Made by a program: the position numbers and the translations under genes. This document shows, in pieces, positions 29,358 to 38,154 of a stretch of 64,000 nt of DNA. Under the pieces are notes generated by a model. That model did no database searches. It worked only from the letters and a program-made list of their open reading frames with translations, and was not told the DNA's origin. This DNA comes from Actinomycetota bacterium. Lineage in GTDB: Bacteria > Actinomycetota > Actinomycetes > S36-B12 > GCA-2699445. How positions within the stretch are numbered: position 1 is the first letter of the stretch; every line of letters starts with the position of its first letter. The DNA is taken from positions 96,382 to 160,381 of the forward strand of contig JAPOIY010000001.1 in NCBI GenBank assembly GCA_029978705.1, given 5' to 3'.

Positions 29358-29397
29358 AGACCGCAGACCTGCCCCGTGCGGGGCGGGTCTGCGGTCT
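29358..29397. terminator. Long hairpin between convergent genes (likely bidirectional terminator)
   Basis: AGACCGCAGACCTGCCCCG-tg-CGGGGCGGGTCTGCGGTCT near-perfect inverted repeat. Confidence 0.7.
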
Positions 29398-29400
29398 GAG

Positions 29401-29518
29401 GGGGGCAGCACTGGCCTTTCGGGGCAGTTCTGTCCCGGCCGTCCGACGTAGAACTGCCCCGTAGACGAAGAACGGCCCCGTACGAAGCCCATAACGGCCA
29501 CGTACGGGGCAGTTCTAC
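29401..29518. repeat. Cluster of short repeats in both orientations (REP/BIME-like)
   Basis: GTAGAACTGCCCCGTA 29448-29463 is the exact reverse complement of 29503-29518; further copies at 29420-29431, 29469-29484, partial 29402-29412. Confidence 0.75.
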
Positions 29519-29520
29519 GG

Positions 29521-29958
29521 TCAGGCGCAGGACCAGGGGCCCCAGCCGGAGCGCTGGTGCAGCTTCCACGCGATGTGGTCCTGGGCGAACTTGGGCGCCC
29601 GGTTGGCCGCAGAGGCGTACCGGCCCCCGCCGGCTCCCCGCCAGGTGCTGTCGAGGAACTGCCACGCGCCCTTGTATGGGCCATCGACCATGTTGTAGTC
29701 GAACCCGGACTCACAGCGGATGACCGAGCGGGACTTCGGGGTCGACGCCCAGCGCTTGGCCTTGGCGACCTCCTTCAGTTCCCGCTGCGACAGGTGCCAC
29801 TTCGCGACCTTCTTGGCCGGGATGGGGTACCCGTTCTTGAAGGTCTTGATCCTCTTGGTCGTCGCGGCCGGTGCGGCGTCAGCGGTCGTGGGCACCGCCG
29901 CAAGGGCGGTCACCCCCACCAGCGCCGCCACCGGGACGGCCAACAGTCGAGCGCGCAT
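29521..29958 (-). CDS. Rpf/transglycosylase-family secreted protein (paralog 2)
   Basis: Signal peptide, RCESG...YKGAWQFLDSTW...AQD...GWGPWSCA; TGATG coupling to paralog 1. Confidence 0.88.
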   Translation of the reverse strand: MRARLLAVPVAALVGVTALAAVPTTADAAPAATTKRIKTFKNGYPIPAKKVAKWHLSQRELKEVAKAKRWASTPKSRSVIRCESGFDYNMVDGPYKGAWQFLDSTWRGAGGGRYASAANRAPKFAQDHIAWKLHQRSGWGPWSCA

Positions 29959-30395
29959 CAGGCGCAACTCCACGGGCCCCACCCCTGCTTGCGCCACAGG
30001 CGGTAGGCCATGTGGTCCTGGGCCCACTTGGGGGCCTTGTGCGGGTACGCGGCGTAACGGCCGCCGCCGATGCCCCGCCACGTGCCCGCGGCGAACTGGT
30101 ATGCGCCGTAGTAGCCGTTGCCGGTGTTGATGCGGTAGTTGCCGCCCGACTCGCACTGGCGCACGGAGCGGGGCTTCGACCCGTTGGCCCAGCGCTTGGC
30201 CTTGGCGATGCTGTTGAGCTCGGTCTTCGACAGGTGGTACCTCTTCAGGTCCCGCTGCGGCACGGGCAGGCCGTCCGACTGGGCGGCGCTGGCGCCGGCG
30301 GCGGCGGGGGCGGTGGGGCTGGCCTGGGCCGAGGGCGCCAGGGCGGCAGCCGCCACGAGGGCGGCGGCGGGCACAGCAAGAGCGGTGAAACGCAC
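29958..30395 (-). CDS. Rpf/transglycosylase-family secreted protein (paralog 1)
   Basis: QCESGGNYRINTGNGYYGAYQFAAGTW...GWGPWSCA; GAAGGA RBS. Confidence 0.92.
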   Translation of the reverse strand: MRFTALAVPAAALVAAAALAPSAQASPTAPAAAGASAAQSDGLPVPQRDLKRYHLSKTELNSIAKAKRWANGSKPRSVRQCESGGNYRINTGNGYYGAYQFAAGTWRGIGGGRYAAYPHKAPKWAQDHMAYRLWRKQGWGPWSCA

Positions 30396-30529
30396 GGTTG
30401 TCCTTCATCGATGGTCCCCTCGCACGGAACCGGAGCATCCGTGGCTCCAGCCGCACTCCTGCGGGGCGGTCGCGGGCGGTGAGCCCGTGGCGGTCGGCTT
30501 GCCCGGGCGGTGGGCCCGGAAAACCGACG
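30396..30529 (-). ncRNA. Candidate structured cis-regulatory 5' leader of the rpf pair
   Basis: Four consecutive hairpins, two sharing CGGGC-YCACC-GCCCG; lies directly downstream of the predicted promoter. Confidence 0.5.
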
Positions 30530-30535
30530 TGCTCG

Positions 30536-30586
30536 ACGCTACGACATGTCGCAGAACTGTCTCAACGCGGTCGCATGTGAGTCGTG
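30536..30586 (-). promoter_or_regulatory. Promoter of rpf pair overlapped by four 11-bp phased repeats
   Basis: Minus strand TTGAGA(30565-30560)-N18-TAGCGT(30541-30536); plus strand GTC at 30548, 30559, 30570, 30581. Confidence 0.55.
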
Positions 30587-30704
30587 TCACCCACTCAGTG
30601 CCCTCCCACGGGGGAGCGGTGGGCAAATCGCCGCAAATGCCACGGATCCCGTGTGGCCCGCCTCACCCGAAGGGAGCACCCGCATTCCTCCGGATATCGG
30701 ATGG

Positions 30705-31259
30705 TCAGAGAGGCGGGTCGGCGAGTTCCTGCGCGTGCCCCGCGAGGACCTTGCGGCGGGCCTTCGCCGCGATCCGATCGATGTACAACAGCCCGTTGAG
30801 GTGGTCCGTCTCGTGCTGCAGGCAGCGGCCCAGCACGCCGGTCCCGCTCACCTCGACGGGATGGCCACGCTCGTCCCGCCCGGTCACCGTGGCCGTCTCC
30901 AGGCGGGACACCGTGGCGAACTGGTGGATCACCGACAGGCACCCCTCGTCGTCGTCGCACAGCCGCCGCTCGCTCACGTCGGGGTCCGCCAGCACCGGGT
31001 TCACCACCACACCGCGGTGCCGCACGTGATCCGCGTCGGGGCAGTCGTAGACGAAGACGCGTCGCCCGACGCCGATCTGGTTGGCCGCCAGACCCACCCC
31101 GTCCGCCGCGTACATGCTGGCGAACATGTCCGCGATCAGCTGGAGGAGGTCGTCGTCGAAGTCCCTGACCTCGGCACAGGGCGTCGTGAGCACGGGGTCG
31201 GGGTACTGCACGATCGGGAGTGCCCGCCCGGGCACACCGGCAAATCCTGGGGTCGACAT
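30705..31259 (-). CDS. def: Peptide deformylase
   Basis: GVGLAANQIG, EGCLS, QHETDHLNG; TATCGT-N6-ATG. Confidence 0.95.
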   Translation of the reverse strand: MSTPGFAGVPGRALPIVQYPDPVLTTPCAEVRDFDDDLLQLIADMFASMYAADGVGLAANQIGVGRRVFVYDCPDADHVRHRGVVVNPVLADPDVSERRLCDDDEGCLSVIHQFATVSRLETATVTGRDERGHPVEVSGTGVLGRCLQHETDHLNGLLYIDRIAAKARRKVLAGHAQELADPPL

Positions 31260-31334
31260 GACTCCACGATAGGGGGGCGCCGCGTGGGTGCCCGCCGCCG
31301 GGAATGCCTCACGAGCGCCGCGGCGTTAGCCTTC

Positions 31335-31346
31335 TTGAACGCTCAA
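31335..31346. promoter_or_regulatory. Palindromic operator upstream of pirin gene
   Basis: TTGA-acgc-TCAA immediately downstream of TAGCCT -10 candidate (31327-31332). Confidence 0.45.
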
Positions 31347-31376
31347 CAATTACGGCTGCCGCCCTTGGAGGACCCG

Positions 31377-32342
31377 ATGCCCGCCGCCACCGCCGATCCC
31401 CTCACCCTGCCGCGCCTCACCGTGGGTGCCGCCGACCGGCCCCGGCGCGTGAAGGTCATCGCCACCGCTCCCCCGGGGCTGGAGGGGGAGGGTTTCCCGG
31501 TACGGCGCGCCTTCGCCGGTCTGGAGCCCCGCGACGTCGATCCCTTCCTGATGATGGACCAGATGGGCGAGGTCGACTATGCGCCCGGGGAGCCGAAGGG
31601 CACCCCATGGCACCCGCATCGTGGGTTCGAGACCTTCACCTACCTCATCGACGGGGAGTTCCTGCACCAGGACTCCAACGGGGGCGGCGGCGCCATCCAG
31701 CCGGGCGGCACGCAGTACATGACGGCCGGCGACGGGATCCTCCACATCGAGACCCCGCCCGAGCATCTGGTCCTGTCGGGGGGTGTCTTCCACGGGTTGC
31801 AGCTGTGGATCAACCTGCCCACGGAGAAGAAGCGCATCGCTCCCCAGTACCAGGACCTGCAGGGCGAGGACTCGGCCATGGTCGCCAGCGAGGACGGCGG
31901 GGCGTTGGTCCGGGTGCTGGCGGGCGAACTGGCCGGGCACCGTGGACCGGGTATCTCCCACACCCCCCTGGCCATCACCCACCTCTCGATCTCGCCCGGC
32001 GCCCGCGTCGAGATCCCCTGGCCGAAGGACTTCAACGCGCTGGCCTACGTGCTCGCCGGGGCCGGCACAGTGGGCGCCGAGGGCGCTCCCATCCGTATGG
32101 GCCAGTCGGCGGTGCTCGTGGACGGTGACACCGTGGTGCTCCAGGCCGACGAAAGCCTGGACTCCCGCATCCCGGCGATGGAGGTCTTCCTCATCGGCGG
32201 TGTCCCGTTGCGCCAGCCGGTGTTCCAGTACGGCCCCTTCGTCATGTCGACGCGGCAGGAGGTCGTCGAGGCGTTCGAGGACTACCAGGCCGGCCGCTTC
32301 GGCCATATCCCCCCTGAGGCGATCCAGCCGTTCCGCCCCTGA
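31377..32342 (+). CDS. Pirin family protein
   Basis: EGEGFPVRR, DPFLMMD, WHPHRGFET, HQDS, MTAGDGILHIE, LQLWINLP, YGPFVM; GGAGG RBS. Confidence 0.95.
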   Translation: MPAATADPLTLPRLTVGAADRPRRVKVIATAPPGLEGEGFPVRRAFAGLEPRDVDPFLMMDQMGEVDYAPGEPKGTPWHPHRGFETFTYLIDGEFLHQDSNGGGGAIQPGGTQYMTAGDGILHIETPPEHLVLSGGVFHGLQLWINLPTEKKRIAPQYQDLQGEDSAMVASEDGGALVRVLAGELAGHRGPGISHTPLAITHLSISPGARVEIPWPKDFNALAYVLAGAGTVGAEGAPIRMGQSAVLVDGDTVVLQADESLDSRIPAMEVFLIGGVPLRQPVFQYGPFVMSTRQEVVEAFEDYQAGRFGHIPPEAIQPFRP

Positions 32343-32407
32343 TGGCGTAACGGGGCGAACGCCCTCGGCCACCCTTCGTCGTGGCCCTCGGTCGGTAGGG
32401 TGGCGCG

Positions 32408-33310
32408 GTGCCGCCCCCCGCCCGCTCCACCGCCGCGGGGGCTGCTGCGGTCGTGGCGGCGGCGGCGCTCTTCGGCACGTCGGGCACCGCCCGCGCCCTG
32501 CTCGTGCCCGACTCGTGGCCGCCCGGCGTGGCCGCGGTGCGGCTCGGCATCGGTGCCCTCGGGCTGGTGGCGTTCGCCTGGTACCGGGGACTGCTGGCGC
32601 CCGCGCTGTCCTTGCTGCGGTCCCCCGTGCTGTGGCTGTGCGGCATCGCGGTGGCCGGGTATCAGGGCATGTTCTTCATCGGGGTCGAGTGGACCGGCGT
32701 CGCCGTGGGCACCCTGGTGTCCCTCGGGCTGGCGCCCCTGATGGCCGGGCTCCTCGGCTGGGCGGTGGGGGAAGGGCCGCCGGGATGGCCCTGGGCGGGA
32801 GTGACGCTGGTCGCCGTCGCCGGCCTGGCCCTCCTGACGCTGGCCGGATCCCCCTCCGTCGACCCCCGGGGGGTGACGGCGGCCCTCGCGGCGGGAATCT
32901 GCTACTCGGTCTACACGGTCTTCGGGACACGGCTGGTCCGCGACGGCTCCCACCCGACCGCCGTCATGACCGCCGCGTTCGGCACCGGCGCCGTCCTCGT
33001 CTCGCCCTTCCTCCTGGGGGTCGGGGACTGGATCGCCAGCCCCGCTGGGATCGCGCTGGCGCTGTGGCTCGGGCTGGCCACCACCTCCGTCGCCTACGTG
33101 CTGTTCGGCAAGGGACTGAGCGTCCTGCAGCCGGGTCACGTCGCGACGCTGAACCTGATGGAACCCGTGGTCGCGACCGCCCTGGGGCTGGGGGTGCTGG
33201 GGGAGACACTCGCCGCTCCGGGTTGGCTGGGCTGCGCGCTGATCCTGGCAGCGCTCGCCGCTCTCGGTCTGCTGGAGAGGCGCTCGCCGGCAGTGCCGAC
33301 CGGGGCCTGA
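32408..33310 (+). CDS. DMT/EamA family transporter
   Basis: About 10 TMs, LFGTSGT, GVAVGTLV, LNLMEPVVA; TAGGGT-N6-GTG. Confidence 0.9.
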   Translation: MPPPARSTAAGAAAVVAAAALFGTSGTARALLVPDSWPPGVAAVRLGIGALGLVAFAWYRGLLAPALSLLRSPVLWLCGIAVAGYQGMFFIGVEWTGVAVGTLVSLGLAPLMAGLLGWAVGEGPPGWPWAGVTLVAVAGLALLTLAGSPSVDPRGVTAALAAGICYSVYTVFGTRLVRDGSHPTAVMTAAFGTGAVLVSPFLLGVGDWIASPAGIALALWLGLATTSVAYVLFGKGLSVLQPGHVATLNLMEPVVATALGLGVLGETLAAPGWLGCALILAALAALGLLERRSPAVPTGA

Positions 33311-33334
33311 AGCGTAGGCTGGACAAGGGGTCCG

Positions 33335-33652
33335 ATGAGCACGCAACCGGCGAGTCCGCAGGACGGGGTCCGCGACCTCGCGCTCGCGTGGACCGCGCTC
33401 GCCCTCGCTCCGCTGCTCTATCTGGCCGCGAACGTCCTCGCCGAGGTGGGGGGTTCCGACTGGCCCGGTGCCCTGGGGTGGGTGCTGATGTTCGGGTGCG
33501 GCGCCGCCGCGGTGGTCCTCGGGCTGCGGGCCCGCAGCCGGGGACGGTCCGCCGGGGTGCTGCCGGCCGCGATCGCGGCTGTCGTCATCGGGTCCCAGGC
33601 CCTACTTCTGCTCGTCGGGGTGATCGCGCACTTCGTCCTGGGCATCGAGTGA
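33335..33652 (+). CDS. Small hypothetical membrane protein (3 TMs)
   Basis: Hydrophobic 105-aa ORF with AAGGGG RBS; 3' end overlaps eutC convergently. Confidence 0.6.
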   Translation: MSTQPASPQDGVRDLALAWTALALAPLLYLAANVLAEVGGSDWPGALGWVLMFGCGAAAVVLGLRARSRGRSAGVLPAAIAAVVIGSQALLLLVGVIAHFVLGIE

Positions 33653-34408
33653 CGCGCGGGCGGGCAGCCCCTCGTCGTATTCGACAGTCAGCTGCACCCC
33701 GCTGATCCGCCGGGCGAGGGTGGTCGTCAGGAGGAGCGCTGCCCGGTCCGCGGCCACTTCCAGCGGCAGTCCTCCGGGCCGGATGTTGGACAGGCAGTTG
33801 CGGTCGGCGTCGGTGAGCGCGGGAGCTGGCGCGTACTCGCAGTACAGACCCAGGCTGTCGGGAGCGGACAGGCCGGGTCGTTCGCCGAGGACGATGGCCG
33901 CTACCCGCGCGCCCACGGCCGAACCGACGTCGTTGAGCAGACCGACCCGGGCGAACGGCGCGACGACGATGGGCGCCACAACGATGGACTGCCGCCGCAG
34001 CCGGGTCACGACAGCCGTGACGAGGGCGGCGCCGTGCCGGTGGACCGCCGTCGCGGACAGGCCGTCGCTGAGGATCAGCACGACATCGGGCCCCGGGTCG
34101 CCGGCCGCTGCCAGCCGGGCGCGGGAGGGGCCGGTCAGGCGACGGCCGGCCTCGGGGTGGTGCAGGTACTGCGTCCGGTCAGTGCTGAGCGTGGCGACTT
34201 CCACGGTGGGGATCCCGGCGCCCGCCAGTTCGGCGGCGACCACGTCGGCGGCGAAAGGGGCGTGGACCGCCTCCCGGGCCAGGGCGTGATCGGCCTGGAA
34301 GGACAGATGGGCGGCGGTGGTCTGCGCGGTTCCGCTGCGGCCCAGGCCGACCCGAGCGGGGGTCAGGCGCGGCCGGGAGCCGGGCACCGGAGCGGAGGCT
34401 TCGGTCAC
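33602..34408 (-). CDS. eutC: Ethanolamine ammonia-lyase light chain
   Basis: TPARVGLGRSG, FQADHALAREAV, DGLS, GERPGLS, DADRNCLSNI; GTGA overlap with eutB. Confidence 0.93.
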   Translation of the reverse strand: MTEASAPVPGSRPRLTPARVGLGRSGTAQTTAAHLSFQADHALAREAVHAPFAADVVAAELAGAGIPTVEVATLSTDRTQYLHHPEAGRRLTGPSRARLAAAGDPGPDVVLILSDGLSATAVHRHGAALVTAVVTRLRRQSIVVAPIVVAPFARVGLLNDVGSAVGARVAAIVLGERPGLSAPDSLGLYCEYAPAPALTDADRNCLSNIRPGGLPLEVAADRAALLLTTTLARRISGVQLTVEYDEGLPARASLDAQDEVRDHPDEQK

Positions 34409-35778
34409 GAGCGCGTCACCGCGAGCAGAGGATGGTGGGCCGGCAGCGGCAGCAGCCGTCCGTCGGGGGCGACGAGGTCGTGCTCCTGCAGCCACCGGTC
34501 GAACTCCGGCGCCGGGCGCCGTCCCAGCTGCCGCTGTAAGAACGCGATGTCGTGGTAGCTCGTCGACTGGTATTCGAGCATGACGTCGTCGGCGCCGGGA
34601 ACCCCCATGAAGTACGTGCACCCGGCGACGCCCAGGAGGGTCATCAGGTCGTCGGAGTCGTTCTGGTCGGCGTCCGCGTGGTTCGTGTAGCAGACGTCGC
34701 ATCCCATCGGCAGTCCCAGAACCTTCCCGCAGAAATGATCCTCCAGACCCGCGCGGCGAATCTGCTTGCCGTCGTAGAGGTACTCGGGACCGATGAAGCC
34801 TACGACCGTGTTCACCAGAAGGGGAGAGAACCGCCGGGCCACGCCGTAGGCCCTGGCCTCGAGGGTCTGTTGGTCCACCCCGTGGTCCGCGCCCGCCGAC
34901 AGGCACGAACCCTGGCCGGTCTCGAAGTACATGACGTTGTCCCCACCCCGCCCGAGGGACAGGGCCGCGGCCTGGGCCTCGGCCAGCAACGCGATGTCGA
35001 TCCCGAAACTGCGGTTGGCGGCCTGCGTTCCCGCCACCGACTGGAACACGAGGTCGACGGGAGCCCCGCGATCGATCGCGGCCAGTGTGTTGGTGACGTG
35101 GGTGAGGATGCAGCTCTGGGTGGGGATCGTGAACCGCTGGATCACATCGTCCAGGAGCGACAGCAGGTGGATGGTCCCGGTCACCGTGTCGGACGCCGGA
35201 TTGATGCCGATGCACGCGTCCCCGCAGCCGAATGTGAGGCCGTCGACGATCGCCGCGGCGATCCCCAGCGGGTCGTCGGTGGGATGGTTGGGTTGGATCC
35301 GGGAGGACAGGTGCCCAGGCAACCCGAGGGTGTCGCGAAACGTGGTGACGACCGATGCCTTTGCGGCGACGGAGACCAGGTCCTGGTTGCGCATCAACTT
35401 GCTGACGGCCGCGACCATCTCGGGGGTCAGGCCGGGAGCCAGCGCGGCCAACTCGGGTGAACCGACCTCGTACGACAGCAGGTGCTCCCGCAGTTCGCCG
35501 ACCGTCATGTGGGCCACGGGGGCGAAGGCCGCGGTGTCGTGGCTGTCCACGATCAGGCGGGTGACCTCGTCCTCCTCGTACGGGACGACCGGCTCCTCCA
35601 GAAAACGCCGCAACGGGACGTCGGCGAGGCATACCTGCGCAGCGACCCGTTCCCGCTCGTCCTGCGCCGCTACCCCGGAGAGCTGGTCCCCGCTGCGGGC
35701 GGGGGAGGCCTTGGCCAACAGGTCGCGCAGACCGGTGAACGGGTAGGTCCGTCCCCACAGTCGCGCGGCGAGCCTCAC
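34405..35778 (-). CDS. eutB: Ethanolamine ammonia-lyase heavy chain
   Basis: [54 protein letters not shown]; start set at GTG 35778. Confidence 0.96.
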   Translation of the reverse strand: MRLAARLWGRTYPFTGLRDLLAKASPARSGDQLSGVAAQDERERVAAQVCLADVPLRRFLEEPVVPYEEDEVTRLIVDSHDTAAFAPVAHMTVGELREHLLSYEVGSPELAALAPGLTPEMVAAVSKLMRNQDLVSVAAKASVVTTFRDTLGLPGHLSSRIQPNHPTDDPLGIAAAIVDGLTFGCGDACIGINPASDTVTGTIHLLSLLDDVIQRFTIPTQSCILTHVTNTLAAIDRGAPVDLVFQSVAGTQAANRSFGIDIALLAEAQAAALSLGRGGDNVMYFETGQGSCLSAGADHGVDQQTLEARAYGVARRFSPLLVNTVVGFIGPEYLYDGKQIRRAGLEDHFCGKVLGLPMGCDVCYTNHADADQNDSDDLMTLLGVAGCTYFMGVPGADDVMLEYQSTSYHDIAFLQRQLGRRPAPEFDRWLQEHDLVAPDGRLLPLPAHHPLLAVTRS

Positions 35779-35846
35779 CCCGCGATCGTTGCCTGTGGGA
35801 CACCGGGCCCGCAACCGGGGACGGCGCGGGTGCGGGAGGATGGGGG

Positions 35847-37904
35847 ATGGGCAATCGACTGGATGGGGCGCTGTCGCCGTATCTCGCGCAGCATGCGGAC
35901 AACCCGGTCGACTGGTTCGAGTGGGGCGACGAGGCGTTCGCGGCCGCCCGCCGGCGAGATGTGCCCATCTTCCTCAGCGTGGGATACGCGGCCTGCCACT
36001 GGTGTCATGTGATGGCCCACGAGTCCTTCGCGGACCCGGCCACGGCTCGCTACCTGAACGACCACTTCGTGAGTATCAAGGTCGACCGTGAGGAGCGACC
36101 GGACCTCGACGCGGTCTACATGGCGGCCGTGACGGCGCTGACCGGACACGGTGGCTGGCCGATGTCGGTGTGGCTCGACCACGACGGCCGCGCCTTCCAC
36201 GCCGGCACCTACTTCCCCCCGGAACCCCGCCACGGCGCCCCGTCGTTCCGCATGGTGCTCGAGGCGGTCGCCGACGCGTGGGAACACCGCCGCGACCAGG
36301 TGCTGGCCGCCGGGGAGGCCCTGAACACCGCCCTGGCCGAGGGCGGGGAGCAGCAGGCGGGGTCGCCCCCCGGGCTGCCCGGCGAGGTGCCCGGTGCGGA
36401 AGTGGTACAGGCCGCGGCCGACGAACTGTCCGCGTCGTTCGACACCGCGCAGGGAGGCTTCGGCGGAGCCCCCAAGTTCCCCCCGGCCATGGTCCTGGAG
36501 TTCCTGTTGCGCCACCACGAGCTCACGGGTGACCCGCGGTCTCTCGGGATGGTCGAGCGCACGGCTGGCGCGATGGCCCGCGGTGGTCTCTACGACCAGT
36601 TGGGCGGCGGCTTCGCCCGCTACAGCGTCGACGCGCGCTGGCAGGTACCCCACTTCGAGAAGATGCTGTCCGACAACGCCCTGCTGCTGCGGGTGTACAC
36701 GCACCTGTGGTGCCGCACGGACGACGACCTCTACCGGCGGGTGGCCGAGGAGACGGCGGACTTCATGATCCGCGACCTTCTGACACCGGAGGGCGCTTTC
36801 GCCGCGTCGCTGGATGCCGACTCCGCGCCCCCGGACGATCCGTCCGGGACGCCCGTGGAGGGGGCCGCCTACGTCTGGACGCCCGATGAGCTCGACGAGG
36901 TGGTGGGGCCCGAGGACGGTTCTTGGGCAGCCGACCTGTTCGGGGTGACCATCGCGGGAACGTTCGAGCGGGGGACCTCGACCCTCACCCTGGCCGAGGA
37001 CGCCGACGACCCGCGGCGGTACCGCGAGATCCGCCGGCAGTTGTTGGAGGCGCGGGGCCGGCGTCCGCAGCCGGCCCGCGACGACAAGGTCGTGGCGTCG
37101 TGGAACGGACTGGCGATCACCGCGCTGGCGCAGGCTGGAGTGGTGTTCGACCGGCCGGACCTCGTGGCGGCCGCCGTGGCGGCCGCCCGGTACCTGATCT
37201 CCCGCCACCAGGTCGCGCCCGGACGGCTGGCACGGGTTTCCCGGGCCGGGACGACGGGAGCCGCGGCCGGGCTGCTGGAGGACTACGGCAACGTGGTGGA
37301 AGGGCTGGCGGCGGTGTTCGCGGCTACCGGCGACGCCACGCTCATCGAGCAGGCGCAGATCCTCACCCGGTCCCTCGTCACCCACTTCGCGCTGCCGGAC
37401 GGCGGCTTCGCCGATACCTCAGACGACGCCGAGACTCTGGTGCGGCGCCCCCGTGACCCGGGCGACAACGCCACCCCCAGCGGGGTTTCGAGTGCGGTGA
37501 TGGCCCTGGTCACGATGTCAGCGCTGACCGGCCGCCCCGAGTGGCGGGCGCACGCCGAGCAGGCGTTGGCGCGGCTCACCGATCTGCAGCAGACCCACCC
37601 CCGCTTCGCCGGCTGGTCCCTGGCGGCTCTGGCGGCGACCGTCGCCGGTCCCGACCAGGTCGCTCTGGTGGGAGACGTGGCCGACCCGGACCTGCGGGAC
37701 CTGCGCCGGATGGCCTTCCGGGAGGGCCGCTGCGGGACGGTGGTCGCGCTGGGTGACGGATCGCCCGTGGTGGCCCTCCTGGCAGACCGGCCGCCACAGC
37801 GCCGGGCGACCGCCTACGTCTGCCGGGACTTCACGTGCGGGCTGCCGGTGAGCCGCGATGACGACCTGGCCGAGCAACTGTCAGGTCAGCCCTCGTCGAG
37901 CTGA
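35847..37904 (+). CDS. Thioredoxin domain-containing protein (YyaL/Ssp411 family)
   Basis: NRL...[47 protein letters not shown]. Confidence 0.93.
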   Translation: MGNRLDGALSPYLAQHADNPVDWFEWGDEAFAAARRRDVPIFLSVGYAACHWCHVMAHESFADPATARYLNDHFVSIKVDREERPDLDAVYMAAVTALTGHGGWPMSVWLDHDGRAFHAGTYFPPEPRHGAPSFRMVLEAVADAWEHRRDQVLAAGEALNTALAEGGEQQAGSPPGLPGEVPGAEVVQAAADELSASFDTAQGGFGGAPKFPPAMVLEFLLRHHELTGDPRSLGMVERTAGAMARGGLYDQLGGGFARYSVDARWQVPHFEKMLSDNALLLRVYTHLWCRTDDDLYRRVAEETADFMIRDLLTPEGAFAASLDADSAPPDDPSGTPVEGAAYVWTPDELDEVVGPEDGSWAADLFGVTIAGTFERGTSTLTLAEDADDPRRYREIRRQLLEARGRRPQPARDDKVVASWNGLAITALAQAGVVFDRPDLVAAAVAAARYLISRHQVAPGRLARVSRAGTTGAAAGLLEDYGNVVEGLAAVFAATGDATLIEQAQILTRSLVTHFALPDGGFADTSDDAETLVRRPRDPGDNATPSGVSSAVMALVTMSALTGRPEWRAHAEQALARLTDLQQTHPRFAGWSLAALAATVAGPDQVALVGDVADPDLRDLRRMAFREGRCGTVVALGDGSPVVALLADRPPQRRATAYVCRDFTCGLPVSRDDDLAEQLSGQPSSS

Positions 37905-38053
37905 TGCCGCCGGGTCTCGCGCTCGATGTCCCCCTGCTTCCTCTCCGCTCCCCGGCGTTCCTCGTGAGCTTCTGCCTGAGTGGCTGCCTCATCCATCGAG
38001 GCCTGCTCCTCGAGGTCCTCCAGGCGGGCGTTCCGGTCGTCGTCGGGTGTCAT
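37886..38053 (-). CDS. 55-aa highly charged small protein
   Basis: GAAGGAGaacc-ATG strong RBS; [55 protein letters not shown]. Confidence 0.65.
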   Translation of the reverse strand: MTPDDDRNARLEDLEEQASMDEAATQAEAHEERRGAERKQGDIERETRRHQLDEG

Positions 38054-38154
38054 GGTTCTCCTTCGTCCCTGGCAGCATCCTGCCGCACCGTGACCCGGGA
38101 CCGGAATCGACGGCGAATCTCCCGCGTGCGGCACCCAGGGGCGATACTGCACGG

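Noticed and set aside
29401-29518. CRISPR array
   Set aside because: Repeats are 12-18 bp, in both orientations, irregularly spaced, with no cas genes
30396-30540. c-di-AMP (ydaO) riboswitch expected upstream of rpf
   Set aside because: Hallmark segments (GCCGAATCC, GGGGAACC, CCCGTCAGCTAAC) are absent on the coding strand
30620-30660. GGGCAAA...GCAAA resembling a c-di-GMP-I riboswitch
   Set aside because: No GNRA-capped P2 stem or receptor, spacing too short, and it points into the 3' end of a convergent gene
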